DNA of 64,000 bases from Candidatus Latescibacterota bacterium (GTDB lineage: Bacteria; Latescibacterota; UBA2968; GCA-2709665): assembly GCA_965205485.1 (NCBI GenBank), contig OZ242180.1:1440001-1504000 (forward strand), given 5' to 3'. Below are positions 49,558-59,767 of this stretch, piece after piece. Below the pieces are notes generated by a model. The model searched no databases, was not told where the DNA came from, and saw only the letters and a program-made list of their open reading frames with translations. A program made the position numbers and the translations under genes. How positions within the stretch are numbered: position 1 is the stretch's first letter; each line of letters starts with the position of its first letter.

Positions 49558-49917
49558 TGGTGGAGGCGGCGGGAATCGAACCCGCGTCCGAAAGCAGATC
49601 AACGACAGCGTCTACGTGTGTAGTTTACCTTTTGAATCTCACGTGCGGGCGCCCCGGTAAACGGGGTTGCCCCCACGCCAGTTCAATCAGCTCTCGCTCA
49701 CGCACCCTCGAACGGAGGTCCACGAGCCAGCCCGCATAAGTCGGCGCTCCGGTCAGGCCCTGCAGGCGAAGCCCGGCGGAACGGACTGCGTTTTAGTTAC
49801 GCAGCCATTGCGTACGTATCGTCCGCAATTATAGAGTGTTCCCACAGTTTAACGAGGACATGGGACCTCGACACGCAGCCATCGCCTCTCCACCCCCGTC
49901 GAATCCAGGTCGCCCCC
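49558..49917 (-). ncRNA. ssrA: tmRNA; tag (A)ADDTYAMAA
   Basis: 5' GGGGGCGACCTGGATTCGACG; 3' GGGTTCGATTCCCGCCGCCTCCACCA; resume context ATAATT-GCG; tag ORF 49797-49826; 360 nt. Confidence 0.97.
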
Positions 49918-49962
49918 ACACGAGTGTTCTGTCCCGGGCCGCCTGGTTGCCCGGGCGCTGAA

Positions 49963-49991
49963 AATATAGCCTGACAGCCTTTTCCTGTCAA
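49963..49991 (-). promoter_or_regulatory. Sigma70 promoter of ssrA
   Basis: TTGACA-N17-TATATT. Confidence 0.8.
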
Positions 49992-50003
49992 GCGGCGGCC
50001 GGG

Positions 50004-50840
50004 TCATTCTACCCGAAACAGTACGGAATCCGCGGCCATGGATGCGAACAGCCCGATGCCGCCCTCTATATGAAATCGAGGTTCATCGAGCGTGGCCATG
50101 TCCTGCTGGCTCGAGATCAGAAAGTCTCCGTAATTCTCGTCCAGGGAAAAGACCAGAAACGAATAGGATCCATAATAGGAAAACTGAAGGGGATTCAACG
50201 TCTGGGACTGCCCTTGCAGGAACCGCCATTGGTCCGCCCTGGCGATACTGTCCCTCAGTGCGCCGAATCCCGTGGTGTCAATCGCCCCGCCGAAGCCGCC
50301 GCCAAGCCGCCCGCCTCCAAACTGGCTCTCCGGTGGAATTCGCTCCAGAAGTTCCAAAGCCTGCCTTGACGTGACATAACCGCCATTTGTCTCGCCTTCC
50401 CACGTCACGCGATACGGATCGCCGCCGACGTAAACCACGGGCGCCCCCGAAGCTATCGGCGGGAACGGCACGGTAGTCTGCGCGGTCGCCGTCCCCAACC
50501 CCGTCGTGACCGACAGATGGTAGGTTTTTCCAGGTTGGACGACCAGGTCCGGCTGATGGTAGGTGCCGGGCTTGTCCGGAACGGATGACAGAGAATGCGT
50601 TACGCCGTCCACCGTAATCGTGACGCCCGCATCGGAAAGCGCGCTGGCGTCGCGATCGTATTCGCTCGAGAGCGGCATCGTCGTGCCCACGAATAAACCG
50701 GATACGTTGCTTCCCGCTTGAAGATAGCCTTCGATAAGGATCGTCTCTTTGAATTCCCCCAGCGACTCTGTCGGCGACGTACTGCACGCGCCGGACCCAA
50801 GAACAACAACCGCACACAGAATCAAACGCAAATTGATCAT
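50004..50840 (-). CDS. DUF4249-like lipoprotein partner of the TonB-dependent receptor
   Basis: Lipobox SGAC; ILIEGYL, PGKTYHLSV, C-terminal HIEGGIGLFAS; RBS GGAGG before 50840. Confidence 0.75.
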   Translation of the reverse strand: MINLRLILCAVVVLGSGACSTSPTESLGEFKETILIEGYLQAGSNVSGLFVGTTMPLSSEYDRDASALSDAGVTITVDGVTHSLSSVPDKPGTYHQPDLVVQPGKTYHLSVTTGLGTATAQTTVPFPPIASGAPVVYVGGDPYRVTWEGETNGGYVTSRQALELLERIPPESQFGGGRLGGGFGGAIDTTGFGALRDSIARADQWRFLQGQSQTLNPLQFSYYGSYSFLVFSLDENYGDFLISSQQDMATLDEPRFHIEGGIGLFASMAADSVLFRVE

Positions 50841-50863
50841 ATTTACTTCCTCCGCCGGCCGTC

Positions 50864-53311
50864 CTACATGTCGAATCGTAGACCGACACTCGGCAAAATG
50901 GGCTGTAATAACACATCCTGTACCAGAACTTCCGGCTCGGTCGCATCGAACGAGCGATACCACACGTTTCGCCGGTTGTAGACATTGAACACGCTGAATA
51001 CCAGCTCAGCTTCGACGCCGCCCAGGTTTATTTCACGTGTGACGCCAAGATCGAGCCGATGATAGGCCGGCAGCCGGTACGCGTTCTTTTCCGAAACATG
51101 GACATAGGGTATGGTCTGGCCCGTAGGCTGCTGCACCTCATAACGCGCCTCCGGAATCGTGTAGGCCTGTCCCGTGCCATATACCCAATTCAGGTTGAGG
51201 TTCCAGCCTCTGCCCACGTAATAGTCGGTCACAATCGACACGTCATGACGCCGATCGTACTTTGGCGGAAATGGCTCGCCCTGGTTCAATTCAGGGAAGG
51301 TGTGTTCCGTCTTGCTCAGTGTATATCCAATCCATCCCTTCAGACGCCCCTCCGTCTTCCGAAGCAGGACCTCTCCGCCGTAGGATGTGCCCGATCCGGT
51401 CACGAACAGGTCCGAAAGCGGGGTTGAGTCGTCCAGGCGCACCTGGGACTGGAATTCCACGAGGTCCTCGAGGTCCTTGTGATAGAACTCCAGATCGACC
51501 TGCCATCCTTCGTTTGGCGTCAACATGAGGCCGAATGCGCTGTGGACGGCTTTGCCCGGCGTCAGGGTCTCGTCCACCGGCAGCCACATATCCGTCGTGT
51601 ACGTGTTGGCCTCTATCGAAATCAGGTTGACGAACTGGTGGTAAATGCCCCAGCCGCCCTTGATCGCGATGTTCTCATCGAATTGGTACAGACCCGTCGC
51701 GCGCGGCGACCATCGGGTATAGTTGCCGCTGTTGAAATGACTCACACGAATCCCGGGCGTCAGTTCCAGGCGACCCAGGCGCATCGCATGCTCGAGGTAA
51801 CCCGTCTGGTACAGCGACGCCGTATTGATTCCCGTACGGACCGAATCGCCCACGCCCTGCCGGTAATAGGCGTCGTAGGCCGTGAGTTGAGCGCCGAAAC
51901 GCGTGGTGTGCCAGGGGCCCGAATAGAGGTCGAACGTCGCCTTCGCCGTCAGGTCGTTCAGCTCGTTGTTGCGATTCAGCCCGAATCCACGCCCTTGGCG
52001 GCCCTCGCCGCCTTGCCCCGCCTGATCGGCGTTCTGGTTCGTCGCGACGTCGAAATTCGAGATGTATCGGCTTGCCGAAATCTGGACGTTGCCGATCAGG
52101 TTGTCGGTGTAGATGCGCTGCCATTTGAACCGCGCGATCTGGTTGCCCCAGTCCATGAGCTGTTCTCGCGTCTGCTGGCGAAACGACGGCAGGGATAGAT
52201 CCAGCGCGTCACGGCCCGCGTAGCCGCTGACGGAAATGCTGTTATTGTCCGACACGTCCAGGTTCAGCTTGAAATTCGTATCGTAGAATCCGTAATCCTG
52301 ATCGAAGTCGCCGGTTTGCTGTTGAAAGTTGAATCTCGTCCCTCCAAACCGCCCGCCGCCAAACCCTCCGCCGCCGAATCGGGGCGGCCCGCCGGCGGCG
52401 CCAGGACTCGCCGAAATCGTGCCGATCCGGGTGCTGAACATCTCGTCGACCAGATGACTGAAAAGCGGCGACTCCAGGACTTCCTGATAGGTACGTCGAC
52501 CTGACAACATCCAGGATCCGCGATCGCCCACGGGTCCTTCGACCGTCAGACCCGCGCTGATGAGGTCCATGGATCCTCTGGCATCCAGAGATTTCCGGTT
52601 GCCGTCGAGGTTCGTTATGTCGAGTACGCTCGACAGCCGGTCGCCGTACCGCGCGGGAAATGTACCCTTGATTAATGTCACGTCCTTCAGCGCATCGGGA
52701 TTAAACGTGCTGAAGAAGCCGAACAGGTGGTTCGGGTTATAGACGACCACGTCGTCGAGGAGAATCAGATTCTGTCCGGGCGTGCCCCCCCGAACGTACA
52801 ACCCGGCGGAATTCTCATTCCCTGCCTGAACTCCGGGAAGAAGCTGAATGCCACGCATCAGATCGGGCTGTCCCACCGTTGGAATGCGCGCCAGTTCGGT
52901 CACGCGGGTTCCGAACGCGCTAACCGGTGTCAACTCCGTTGTCGACACGCGCTCTCCTACCACTTCTATCTCGTCGATCGTCAATGCCACGGGTTCGAGC
53001 TCGATCACCAACCTCGCAGTCTCAACCGACTCAATTGCGATATCGACGGATCGACTGGTGTAACCAACGAAGCTCGCGGAAATGACGTGTCTGCCCGGCG
53101 GCAGATTTCCAATGACGAAGTAACCGGACTTATCCGTGGACACCCCGATTTCCAGACTGTCGATCACGACGTTGGCATTCGGCAATGTTTCACCGTCCGT
53201 GGCGTCGCGCACCGTGCCGCGTACCGACCCCAGCCCGTAGGCCTGGTTATAGAAGCCCAACACCCACACACAAAAAACCATCGATAAGATCCGTCTCACA
53301 CGCGCCTCCAT
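50864..53311 (-). CDS. TonB-dependent outer-membrane receptor
   Basis: N-terminal carboxypeptidase-regulatory-like domain (GTVRDATDGETLP.ANV), plug (LPGV, VRGG, LILLDD, RYGDRLSSVLDI), barrel end (RLPAYHRLD, NVYNRRN). Confidence 0.92.
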   Translation of the reverse strand: MEARVRRILSMVFCVWVLGFYNQAYGLGSVRGTVRDATDGETLPNANVVIDSLEIGVSTDKSGYFVIGNLPPGRHVISASFVGYTSRSVDIAIESVETARLVIELEPVALTIDEIEVVGERVSTTELTPVSAFGTRVTELARIPTVGQPDLMRGIQLLPGVQAGNENSAGLYVRGGTPGQNLILLDDVVVYNPNHLFGFFSTFNPDALKDVTLIKGTFPARYGDRLSSVLDITNLDGNRKSLDARGSMDLISAGLTVEGPVGDRGSWMLSGRRTYQEVLESPLFSHLVDEMFSTRIGTISASPGAAGGPPRFGGGGFGGGRFGGTRFNFQQQTGDFDQDYGFYDTNFKLNLDVSDNNSISVSGYAGRDALDLSLPSFRQQTREQLMDWGNQIARFKWQRIYTDNLIGNVQISASRYISNFDVATNQNADQAGQGGEGRQGRGFGLNRNNELNDLTAKATFDLYSGPWHTTRFGAQLTAYDAYYRQGVGDSVRTGINTASLYQTGYLEHAMRLGRLELTPGIRVSHFNSGNYTRWSPRATGLYQFDENIAIKGGWGIYHQFVNLISIEANTYTTDMWLPVDETLTPGKAVHSAFGLMLTPNEGWQVDLEFYHKDLEDLVEFQSQVRLDDSTPLSDLFVTGSGTSYGGEVLLRKTEGRLKGWIGYTLSKTEHTFPELNQGEPFPPKYDRRHDVSIVTDYYVGRGWNLNLNWVYGTGQAYTIPEARYEVQQPTGQTIPYVHVSEKNAYRLPAYHRLDLGVTREINLGGVEAELVFSVFNVYNRRNVWYRSFDATEPEVLVQDVLLQPILPSVGLRFDM

Positions 53312-53557
53312 TTTCCCCCGGCGTTCGTAGACTGACAGTCAGGCGGCCGTTTTGTTAGATTGAGGCCCTGGTCTTTCCGTTCCCTTTCCTGTCTCCAGGA
53401 ATGGCGTGAATTCAACCGGATGTGGATGGGCCGGGTACGCGCAATTGCTGCCTACGCCTCGTTGAGTCCCCGTGCCGGAACGGCAATGGCAAGTGAGATG
53501 CTGGCGTGAATCGTGCCGTCGAATTCGGAGGGAGGGGTGTGGAGGTGCGCCGATACG

Positions 53558-53591
53558 AGAAACGCCTCTCGGGGGGCTATACGGAGAGGCG
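53558..53591 (-). terminator. Possible intrinsic terminator after the DUF418 gene
   Basis: CGCCTCTC...GAGAGGCG followed by TTTCT. Confidence 0.45.
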
Positions 53592-53656
53592 CAATTCGTC
53601 CTGAAAGGCCAATAACCTGGCCTGGCTAACCGTCAGTCGCCGTCATATGCAGGCGG

Positions 53657-54925
53657 TCACTGCCCCGGCAATAAACTCCGCCTCATCGGTTGCCGCGCAC
53701 GGTAGGTGAGCGACCGCCACGCCCACTCCACCGGCCCGAAGCGATACCGGCGCAGCCACAGCGGCGAGGCGATCAGCTGCACCGCCCAGACACCGACCAC
53801 CAACCCGGCCTGCCCGACGCGCTCAACGGCGCCGAACCAGCCCAGACCGTGTCCGTAGAAGATCGTCGTGCAGATGACCGTTTGCAGCAGATAGTTGGTG
53901 AGGGCGGTCTGGCCCACGGCCGCGAACGGACGCGTGACACGGCGAAGCGCCGGTGTCCGGCACGCCAGCATTATCGCACCGACGTAGCCGAGACTGACAG
54001 CAATACTCGTCCAGTAGACCAGCTGAATGCCCGTGAATAACGACCGGACCGACCATCCGGACGCGAAGTCGAGCGAGATTCCGTACGCCTGGAGGGGAAA
54101 GCCGACGGCGGCCGCAACAGCGATCAGCGACACGTAGAAGCGTGTCGAGCGTTGCGCGTTGAACACGTCCTTCTTGAAAAGCGCCATCCCGATCAGCATC
54201 AACCCACCTGCGCGCCATACGACCGCCACGATCAGCGCCAGCGTCTCGCTCGCAAGCGCCGTCACTGACCGATCGGGCATCTGTTCAAGCCAGCCGCCGC
54301 GGTATGTGGCGATTTCGGCTTCGACTTTCTCCTGCGGCGGCTGCCAGGCGTCTGCGACGAACTTGGCGCGTGCCTCCTCCGGCCAGTACGGGAACGACAG
54401 ACCCAATACGCCCCAGAACGCGGCGAAAGCGACAAGCAGCGCCACTCCAATGGCGATCAGCCGCGTTGGCGACAGGCGGCGCAGCGGATACACCAGCATC
54501 CCGCAGACAGCGTAATGGAAGAGGATATCCCCCCACCAGAGAAGATGCCCGTGGAGCAGCCCGATGACCATCAGCCATCTCATGCGCCGGTAGTGTACCC
54601 GGCGGGCGTCCCCGCGTGCCTCCGCCCGTCCCGTCATCAGGACAATGCCCGCGCCGAAGAGCATTGAAAAGATCGTCATGAACTTTTGATCGGCCAGCAT
54701 CCGGCCCGCGATCCAGACATAACGGTTCGCGCCTGTGAGGTCGCCGAAGGCGGTCGGGTTGAAGTACGCCGCCTGGGGCATGGCGAATGCCTGGATGTTC
54801 ATGATGAGGATGCCGAGCAGGGCCACGCCGCGCAGGACGTCAATCGACTCGATGCGTTCGGTCTGGGAGACGGGTGCGGCACTCGAATCCTGAGCGGGAT
54901 CGACTATCGTGGCGTCTTCGTTCAT
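53657..54925 (-). CDS. DUF418 (YeiB-like) membrane protein
   Basis: RIESIDVLRGVALLGIL, FSMLFGAG, GDIL..YA, GQTALTNYLLQ, GPVEWAWRSLTY. Confidence 0.9.
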   Translation of the reverse strand: MNEDATIVDPAQDSSAAPVSQTERIESIDVLRGVALLGILIMNIQAFAMPQAAYFNPTAFGDLTGANRYVWIAGRMLADQKFMTIFSMLFGAGIVLMTGRAEARGDARRVHYRRMRWLMVIGLLHGHLLWWGDILFHYAVCGMLVYPLRRLSPTRLIAIGVALLVAFAAFWGVLGLSFPYWPEEARAKFVADAWQPPQEKVEAEIATYRGGWLEQMPDRSVTALASETLALIVAVVWRAGGLMLIGMALFKKDVFNAQRSTRFYVSLIAVAAAVGFPLQAYGISLDFASGWSVRSLFTGIQLVYWTSIAVSLGYVGAIMLACRTPALRRVTRPFAAVGQTALTNYLLQTVICTTIFYGHGLGWFGAVERVGQAGLVVGVWAVQLIASPLWLRRYRFGPVEWAWRSLTYRARQPMRRSLLPGQ

Positions 54926-55015
54926 TGTCTCATAGCCTCTTCGGGAACATCGATGGGTGGAAAGGGGGAGTCCGACGGCCACCAGTCGACGGGCAGCGGC
55001 CAACCCAGCGACCTG

Positions 55016-55140
55016 GCTATCAGCTGTCAGCCGTCAGCTATCAGCTAAACACAGAAACGAAAGGCAAAATCAAAACCTACCACTCCACGCCCCCCGCAGA
55101 CCTCTCTCCCCTAAAGGAAAGAGGGAGGAAAGGCAGATCT
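55016..55140. repeat. TCAGC-heptamer element end; inverted copy of ~60860-60991
   Basis: Shares AAACGAAAGGCAAAATCAAAACCT.CCACTCCAC.CCCCCGCAGACCTCTCTCCCC with the reverse complement near 60900-60991. Confidence 0.75.
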
Positions 55141-55647
55141 CGCCCAATCAATGCACTTCACATCTGGCGACCGGGGGTATGGGGGGTTTTTCCGTGTTAA
55201 TCCGTTTAGCACCCAAGTGTTGGTACAACTGAGGGACTTGAAGGCCACCCAATTGTCATTTTTGCCTCCGGAGTGATTCACGGAAAAACCGGCCCCCTGC
55301 CGAAGGGCGCGCTTCTTTTTGGTCCTTTTTCTTACGCGGATAAGAAAAAGGACGTAAATAAAATAAAAATAATGATTTGATTTTAAAAATAGCACCCTGC
55401 ATTAAGCAAATCCATCTATGGTCTTTCTTTTTAAAATCATGCCTGCGGCGTGTTCCTTAACAGCGGGGAGACGGAAGAGGGTAGAGAACCACACTCCGCC
55501 CCACCACCTGGTGAGAAGGTAGACGGAAGAGGGGAGAGATTGCCTGCCCTGTGAGGTTTCCTCTCCTGCCGCAGGCAAGTCGGAGGAGCAAATGGGCAAG
55601 GGCATCATCTCCTGTCTTACGTCTTGCGTCTACCCGATTTCCCGTTG

Positions 55648-55676
55648 TTGACCGTCGTCCTGCATTCGATTAAATT
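55648..55676 (+). promoter_or_regulatory. Sigma70-type promoter of ilvD
   Basis: TTGACC-N17-TAAATT. Confidence 0.5.
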
Positions 55677-55762
55677 AAATCCGGAATGAATGAAAACAAG
55701 CCGGAAATAATCCTGGCACGCGGACAAGACGGCTTCAGTTGAATAAACGAGAAAGGAAAACC

Positions 55763-57436
55763 ATGGCGCTGAACAAGCACAGCTCCCGGATAACGCAGGT
55801 GAAGTCTCAGGGCGCGTCCCAGGCGATGTTGTACGGAACGGGAATGACCGAAGCGGATATGGACAAGGCGCAGGTCGGCATCGCCAGCATGTGGTACGAA
55901 GGCAATACCTGCAATATGCACCTGCTGGATCTGGCGGCGAAGGTGAAGCAGGGCGTGGACGCTGCCGGTCTTCTGGGCATGCGATTCAACACGATTGGCG
56001 TGAGCGACGGGATCTCCATGGGCACGGAGGGCATGAGCTTTTCGCTTCAATCGCGGGACCTTATCGCGGATTCGATCGAAACGGTAATGGGCGCGCAGTG
56101 GTACGACGCCAATATTTCCCTTCCGGGATGCGACAAGAACATGCCGGGGTGTGTGATGGCCATGGGGCGGTTGAACCGGCCGTCATTGATGATCTACGGA
56201 GGTACGATCAAGCCCGGATTCCGGGACCACAAGAAGCTCGATATCGTGTCGGCCTTTCAGAGTTATGGTGAGTACCTGGCGGGCGAACTGGACGAAGCGG
56301 GGAGGAAGGGCGTTGTGCAGCACGCCTGCCCGGGCGCCGGAGCGTGCGGCGGGATGTACACCGCGAACACAATGGCGTCCGCTATCGAAGCGATGGGCAT
56401 GTCGCTGCCTTACAGCTCTTCCACACCCGCCGTGGACAAGGGCAAGCTGGAGGAGTGCTTCCAGTCCGGAGCAGCCATCAGGAATCTGCTGGAGAAGGAT
56501 ATCAAGCCCAGGGACATTATGACCCGCGAGGCGTTCGAAAACGCCATGGTCGTGGTGATGGCCCTCGGCGGGTCGACCAACGCGGTGCTGCACCTGATCG
56601 CAATGGCAAAATCCGTCGGCGTGCCGCTGACCATCGACGACTTTCAGGCGGTGAGCGACCGCGTGCCGTTGTTGGCGGACTTCAAGCCCAGCGGGCTGTA
56701 TGTGATGGAGGATCTGCACAACGTCGGCGGAACGCCGGGCGCGATGAAGGTTCTGCTGGAGAACGGCTTCCTGAATGGAGACTGCCTGACCGCGACGGGT
56801 CGGACGATTGCGGAGAACCTCGCGGAGTTGCCCGGACTTGACGAGGGTCAGGAGGTGGTCCGGCCCATGGACCGGCCGATCAAGGCCACGGGGCATCTGC
56901 GCATTCTGCGCGGCAACCTGGCGTCGGAGGGCGCGGTGGCCAAGATCACGGGGAAGGAAGGGGTGCGGTTCTCCGGTCCCGCGGCGGTGTTCGACCGGGA
57001 GGAGGACCTGCTTGGCGCCGTCGAGCGAAACGAAGTGAAGAAGGGATGCGTGGTGGTCATCCGTTACGAGGGACCCACGGGCGGGCCTGGCATGCCGGAG
57101 ATGCTCACGCCCACGTCGGTGATCATGGGCGCGGGCCTTGGTAATGACGTCGCCCTGATTACGGACGGTAGGTTCTCGGGCGGATCTCACGGCTTCGTCG
57201 TCGGGCACATCACGCCCGAAGCGCAGGAGGGCGGCGCCATCGCCCTCGTCAAGGATGGCGACGTGATTACAATCGACGCGGAGACCAACGAGATCAGCGT
57301 GGACCTGAGCGACGAGGAACTGGCCGAGCGGCGCGCGGCCTGGAACGCACCGCCTTACAAGGCCTCGCAGGGGACGCTCTACAAATACATCAAGACCGTG
57401 ACCACGGCCTCCGAGGGATGCGTGACGGACGAGTAG
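55763..57436 (+). CDS. ilvD: Dihydroxy-acid dehydratase
   Basis: [62 protein letters not shown]. Confidence 0.97.
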   Translation: MALNKHSSRITQVKSQGASQAMLYGTGMTEADMDKAQVGIASMWYEGNTCNMHLLDLAAKVKQGVDAAGLLGMRFNTIGVSDGISMGTEGMSFSLQSRDLIADSIETVMGAQWYDANISLPGCDKNMPGCVMAMGRLNRPSLMIYGGTIKPGFRDHKKLDIVSAFQSYGEYLAGELDEAGRKGVVQHACPGAGACGGMYTANTMASAIEAMGMSLPYSSSTPAVDKGKLEECFQSGAAIRNLLEKDIKPRDIMTREAFENAMVVVMALGGSTNAVLHLIAMAKSVGVPLTIDDFQAVSDRVPLLADFKPSGLYVMEDLHNVGGTPGAMKVLLENGFLNGDCLTATGRTIAENLAELPGLDEGQEVVRPMDRPIKATGHLRILRGNLASEGAVAKITGKEGVRFSGPAAVFDREEDLLGAVERNEVKKGCVVVIRYEGPTGGPGMPEMLTPTSVIMGAGLGNDVALITDGRFSGGSHGFVVGHITPEAQEGGAIALVKDGDVITIDAETNEISVDLSDEELAERRAAWNAPPYKASQGTLYKYIKTVTTASEGCVTDE

Positions 57437-57505
57437 AGGGGACAAAGGAAGAAAGCAGAAGGAAGAAGGAAGAGGAAAAGGCAAAAAGCGGGAAGACGAT
57501 CAGAT

Positions 57506-57901
57506 ATGAGCTTGACAGGCGAGGCGGAAAGCGGTTACGAGACTGAAGCGAAGCCACCGGTTGATTGGGAAACCCTTTCCCGACACGTGAATGAAAGAGG
57601 CGCGGTCGTCTACAACGTGTCGTGGAGACACCGGTGTACGCTGGAGTGGAAGCTGCCCTGGAGTCATCTCATTTTGAATATGTTTGCCCGAAAGCTTGAA
57701 TGGATCGTGCTGGTGGTGACATGCTACCTGGCGTTCACCGGTTTGTGGCCATACGCCACTGTTGGATTCGGGATCTGGTACCTGGTCCTCTTCCCATTCA
57801 AGAGAAAAAGCGTGATTGCTGCCATTACAGTCCACGCTGCGCAAGACCGCGAATTTTTCGATCTGGCCAATCAACGCGGGACTTTTCGATTGGAACCATG
57901 A
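57506..57901 (+). CDS. Hypothetical small membrane protein
   Basis: 131-aa ORF with two hydrophobic segments, filling the ilvD-glpK gap. Confidence 0.55.
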   Translation: MSLTGEAESGYETEAKPPVDWETLSRHVNERGAVVYNVSWRHRCTLEWKLPWSHLILNMFARKLEWIVLVVTCYLAFTGLWPYATVGFGIWYLVLFPFKRKSVIAAITVHAAQDREFFDLANQRGTFRLEP

Positions 57902-57976
57902 ATTGAGTTGGCGTGAGCCGGGAGACGATCACATCCAAACGGTCTCCCGTTGCCCATTGAAAACCACTTGTTCCTA

Positions 57977-59518
57977 CTACTCTCTACTTTCTTCCTTTTT
58001 CCTTCTTCCTTCTTCCTTGTCTCTACTTACCGGATTTCCGTGGTGGCGGGCGGTTCGAACGGCGTGACGCCATTGATTCAGCAGGGCGTCGCGCTTTTTC
58101 TTTGGCATGGCGGGTTCGAAGGTGCGTTCCGGTGGATTGAGACCTGAAAGTGCGTCAGGGCCCGTCCAGAAACCGGTCGCAAGCCCCGCGAGCATGGCGG
58201 CGCCCAGAGCGGTGGTCTCGGTGTGGCGGGGGCGGATCACCGGCGTACCGAGAATATCGGCCTGGAATTGCATGAGGAAGTCGTTGGCCGAGGCGCCGCC
58301 GTCTACCCTCATACCGGTGACGGAACGCCCGGTATCGGCGGCCATGGCATCCACCAGCGCGGCGCTCTGGTACGCGATGGATTCGAGGGCTGCGCGGGCG
58401 ACGTGGGCGCGTTCGGTACCCCGGTTGATGCCGACGATCGTCCCGCGGGCGTCCGGATCCCAGTACGGCGCGCCGAGGCCGGTGAAGGCTGGGACGAGAT
58501 AGACGCCGCCATTGTCCGGAACCGATCGCGCGAGCGCTTCCGTATCGGACGCATTCGCGATCAGACCGAGACCGTCGCGCAACCACTGGACGGCCGAGCC
58601 GGCGCTGAAGACGGAGCCTTCGAGGGCGAATGCGGGACCGCCGCGGGAATCGCATGCAAGCGTGGTGAGCAGGCCGTTCCGAGAGGGAAACGCGTCCGAG
58701 CCCGTGTGGAACAGGGCGAAGCAGCCGGTGCCGTACGTGTTCTTGACGTCACCCTCAGATACGCCGCGCTGCCCGAAGAGCGCCGCCTGTTGGTCTCCCG
58801 CGATACCGGCAATGGGGATCCCCTCCGGCAGCGGACGCGCGCCCCGGGTGGTTCCGAACACATGGGCCGAGCGATGAACCTCAGGGAGAATAGCCCGGGG
58901 GATGTTGAACGCGTCGAGAAGGTCCAGGTCCCACTCGCGCGAATGGATATTGAAACACATGGTGCGGGAGGCATTGGTCAGGTCCGTCGCGTGAACGGCG
59001 CCCCCGGTGAGCCGGTAGAGGAGGTAGGTGTCGATCGTGCCGAAGCAGACGTCCCCGGCTTCCGCCCGGTAACGAAGCCCCGGTACGTTTTCCAGAAGCC
59101 AGACGATTTTGGTCGCGGAAAAGTAGGCGTCGATGACAAGGCCCGTCTTCTTTACCCGGACCGTCTCTTCCAGGCCCCGCTCCCGGTAGCGCCGGCAGAG
59201 GTCCGCGGTCCTTCGGCACTGCCAAACGATGGCGTCGTGCACCGGTTCTCCGGTGCGACGGTCCCAGATGACCGTGGTTTCCCGCTGGTTGGCGATCCCG
59301 ATGCCCGCGAGGTCCGCAGGGCGGATGCCCGAATCTCGCATCGCGTCGGCGACCACCGCGCAGGTGGAGCGCCAGATTTCATCCGCATTGTGAGAGACCC
59401 AGCCGGGTTGAGGATAGATCTGGCTGAATTCGGCGTAGGCGCGGCCGACGATATCGCCACCATGGTTGATGACGAGTACGGTCGTCCCCGTGGTGCCCTG
59501 GTCGATGGAGAGAATCAT
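57977..59518 (-). CDS. glpK: Glycerol kinase
   Basis: SIDQGTT, NQRET, IVWQCRRT, YFSATK, TNASRT, GDQQAALFG, KNTYGTGCF, GLGAPYWD, VDGGASAN. Confidence 0.96.
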   Translation of the reverse strand: MILSIDQGTTGTTVLVINHGGDIVGRAYAEFSQIYPQPGWVSHNADEIWRSTCAVVADAMRDSGIRPADLAGIGIANQRETTVIWDRRTGEPVHDAIVWQCRRTADLCRRYRERGLEETVRVKKTGLVIDAYFSATKIVWLLENVPGLRYRAEAGDVCFGTIDTYLLYRLTGGAVHATDLTNASRTMCFNIHSREWDLDLLDAFNIPRAILPEVHRSAHVFGTTRGARPLPEGIPIAGIAGDQQAALFGQRGVSEGDVKNTYGTGCFALFHTGSDAFPSRNGLLTTLACDSRGGPAFALEGSVFSAGSAVQWLRDGLGLIANASDTEALARSVPDNGGVYLVPAFTGLGAPYWDPDARGTIVGINRGTERAHVARAALESIAYQSAALVDAMAADTGRSVTGMRVDGGASANDFLMQFQADILGTPVIRPRHTETTALGAAMLAGLATGFWTGPDALSGLNPPERTFEPAMPKKKRDALLNQWRHAVRTARHHGNPVSRDKEEGRRKKEESRE

Positions 59519-59767
59519 AGGAAGCTGTTTTAAAATTACCGGTGAGTTCCCGAGCGTGAGCGAAAAAGCGGCGGTCAAGGCGGGAGAATCCGCCTATGAG
59601 AGGCGAGCAGGCGCAGCCTCGATCTCGTAAGACGGGTGGGTTTGACCAACGCCGACCGGCGCTTTTGCAGCCGCGCGAAGACCGCTGGGGATTTTAAGAC
59701 AGCTTCCAAAGACGTCCGGCGCAGCTCGCACGCTTGAGTCTGATTGGGGCGCTGTCGCATCGCCATC

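Noticed and set aside
53503..53518. Sigma54 promoter for the TonB receptor (CGGCACGATTCACGC)
   Set aside because: GG-N10-GC is present but the TT of TTGC is missing and I saw no matching dyads.
53312..53560. Cobalamin or TPP riboswitch upstream of the TonB receptor
   Set aside because: No recognisable conserved boxes by eye; an Rfam scan is needed to exclude it.
842..59533. Long antisense ORFs (e.g. 842-2314, 25729-28005, 56183-57484, 58223-59533)
   Set aside because: Shadows of recognisable genes on the opposite strand in GC-rich DNA; no motifs.
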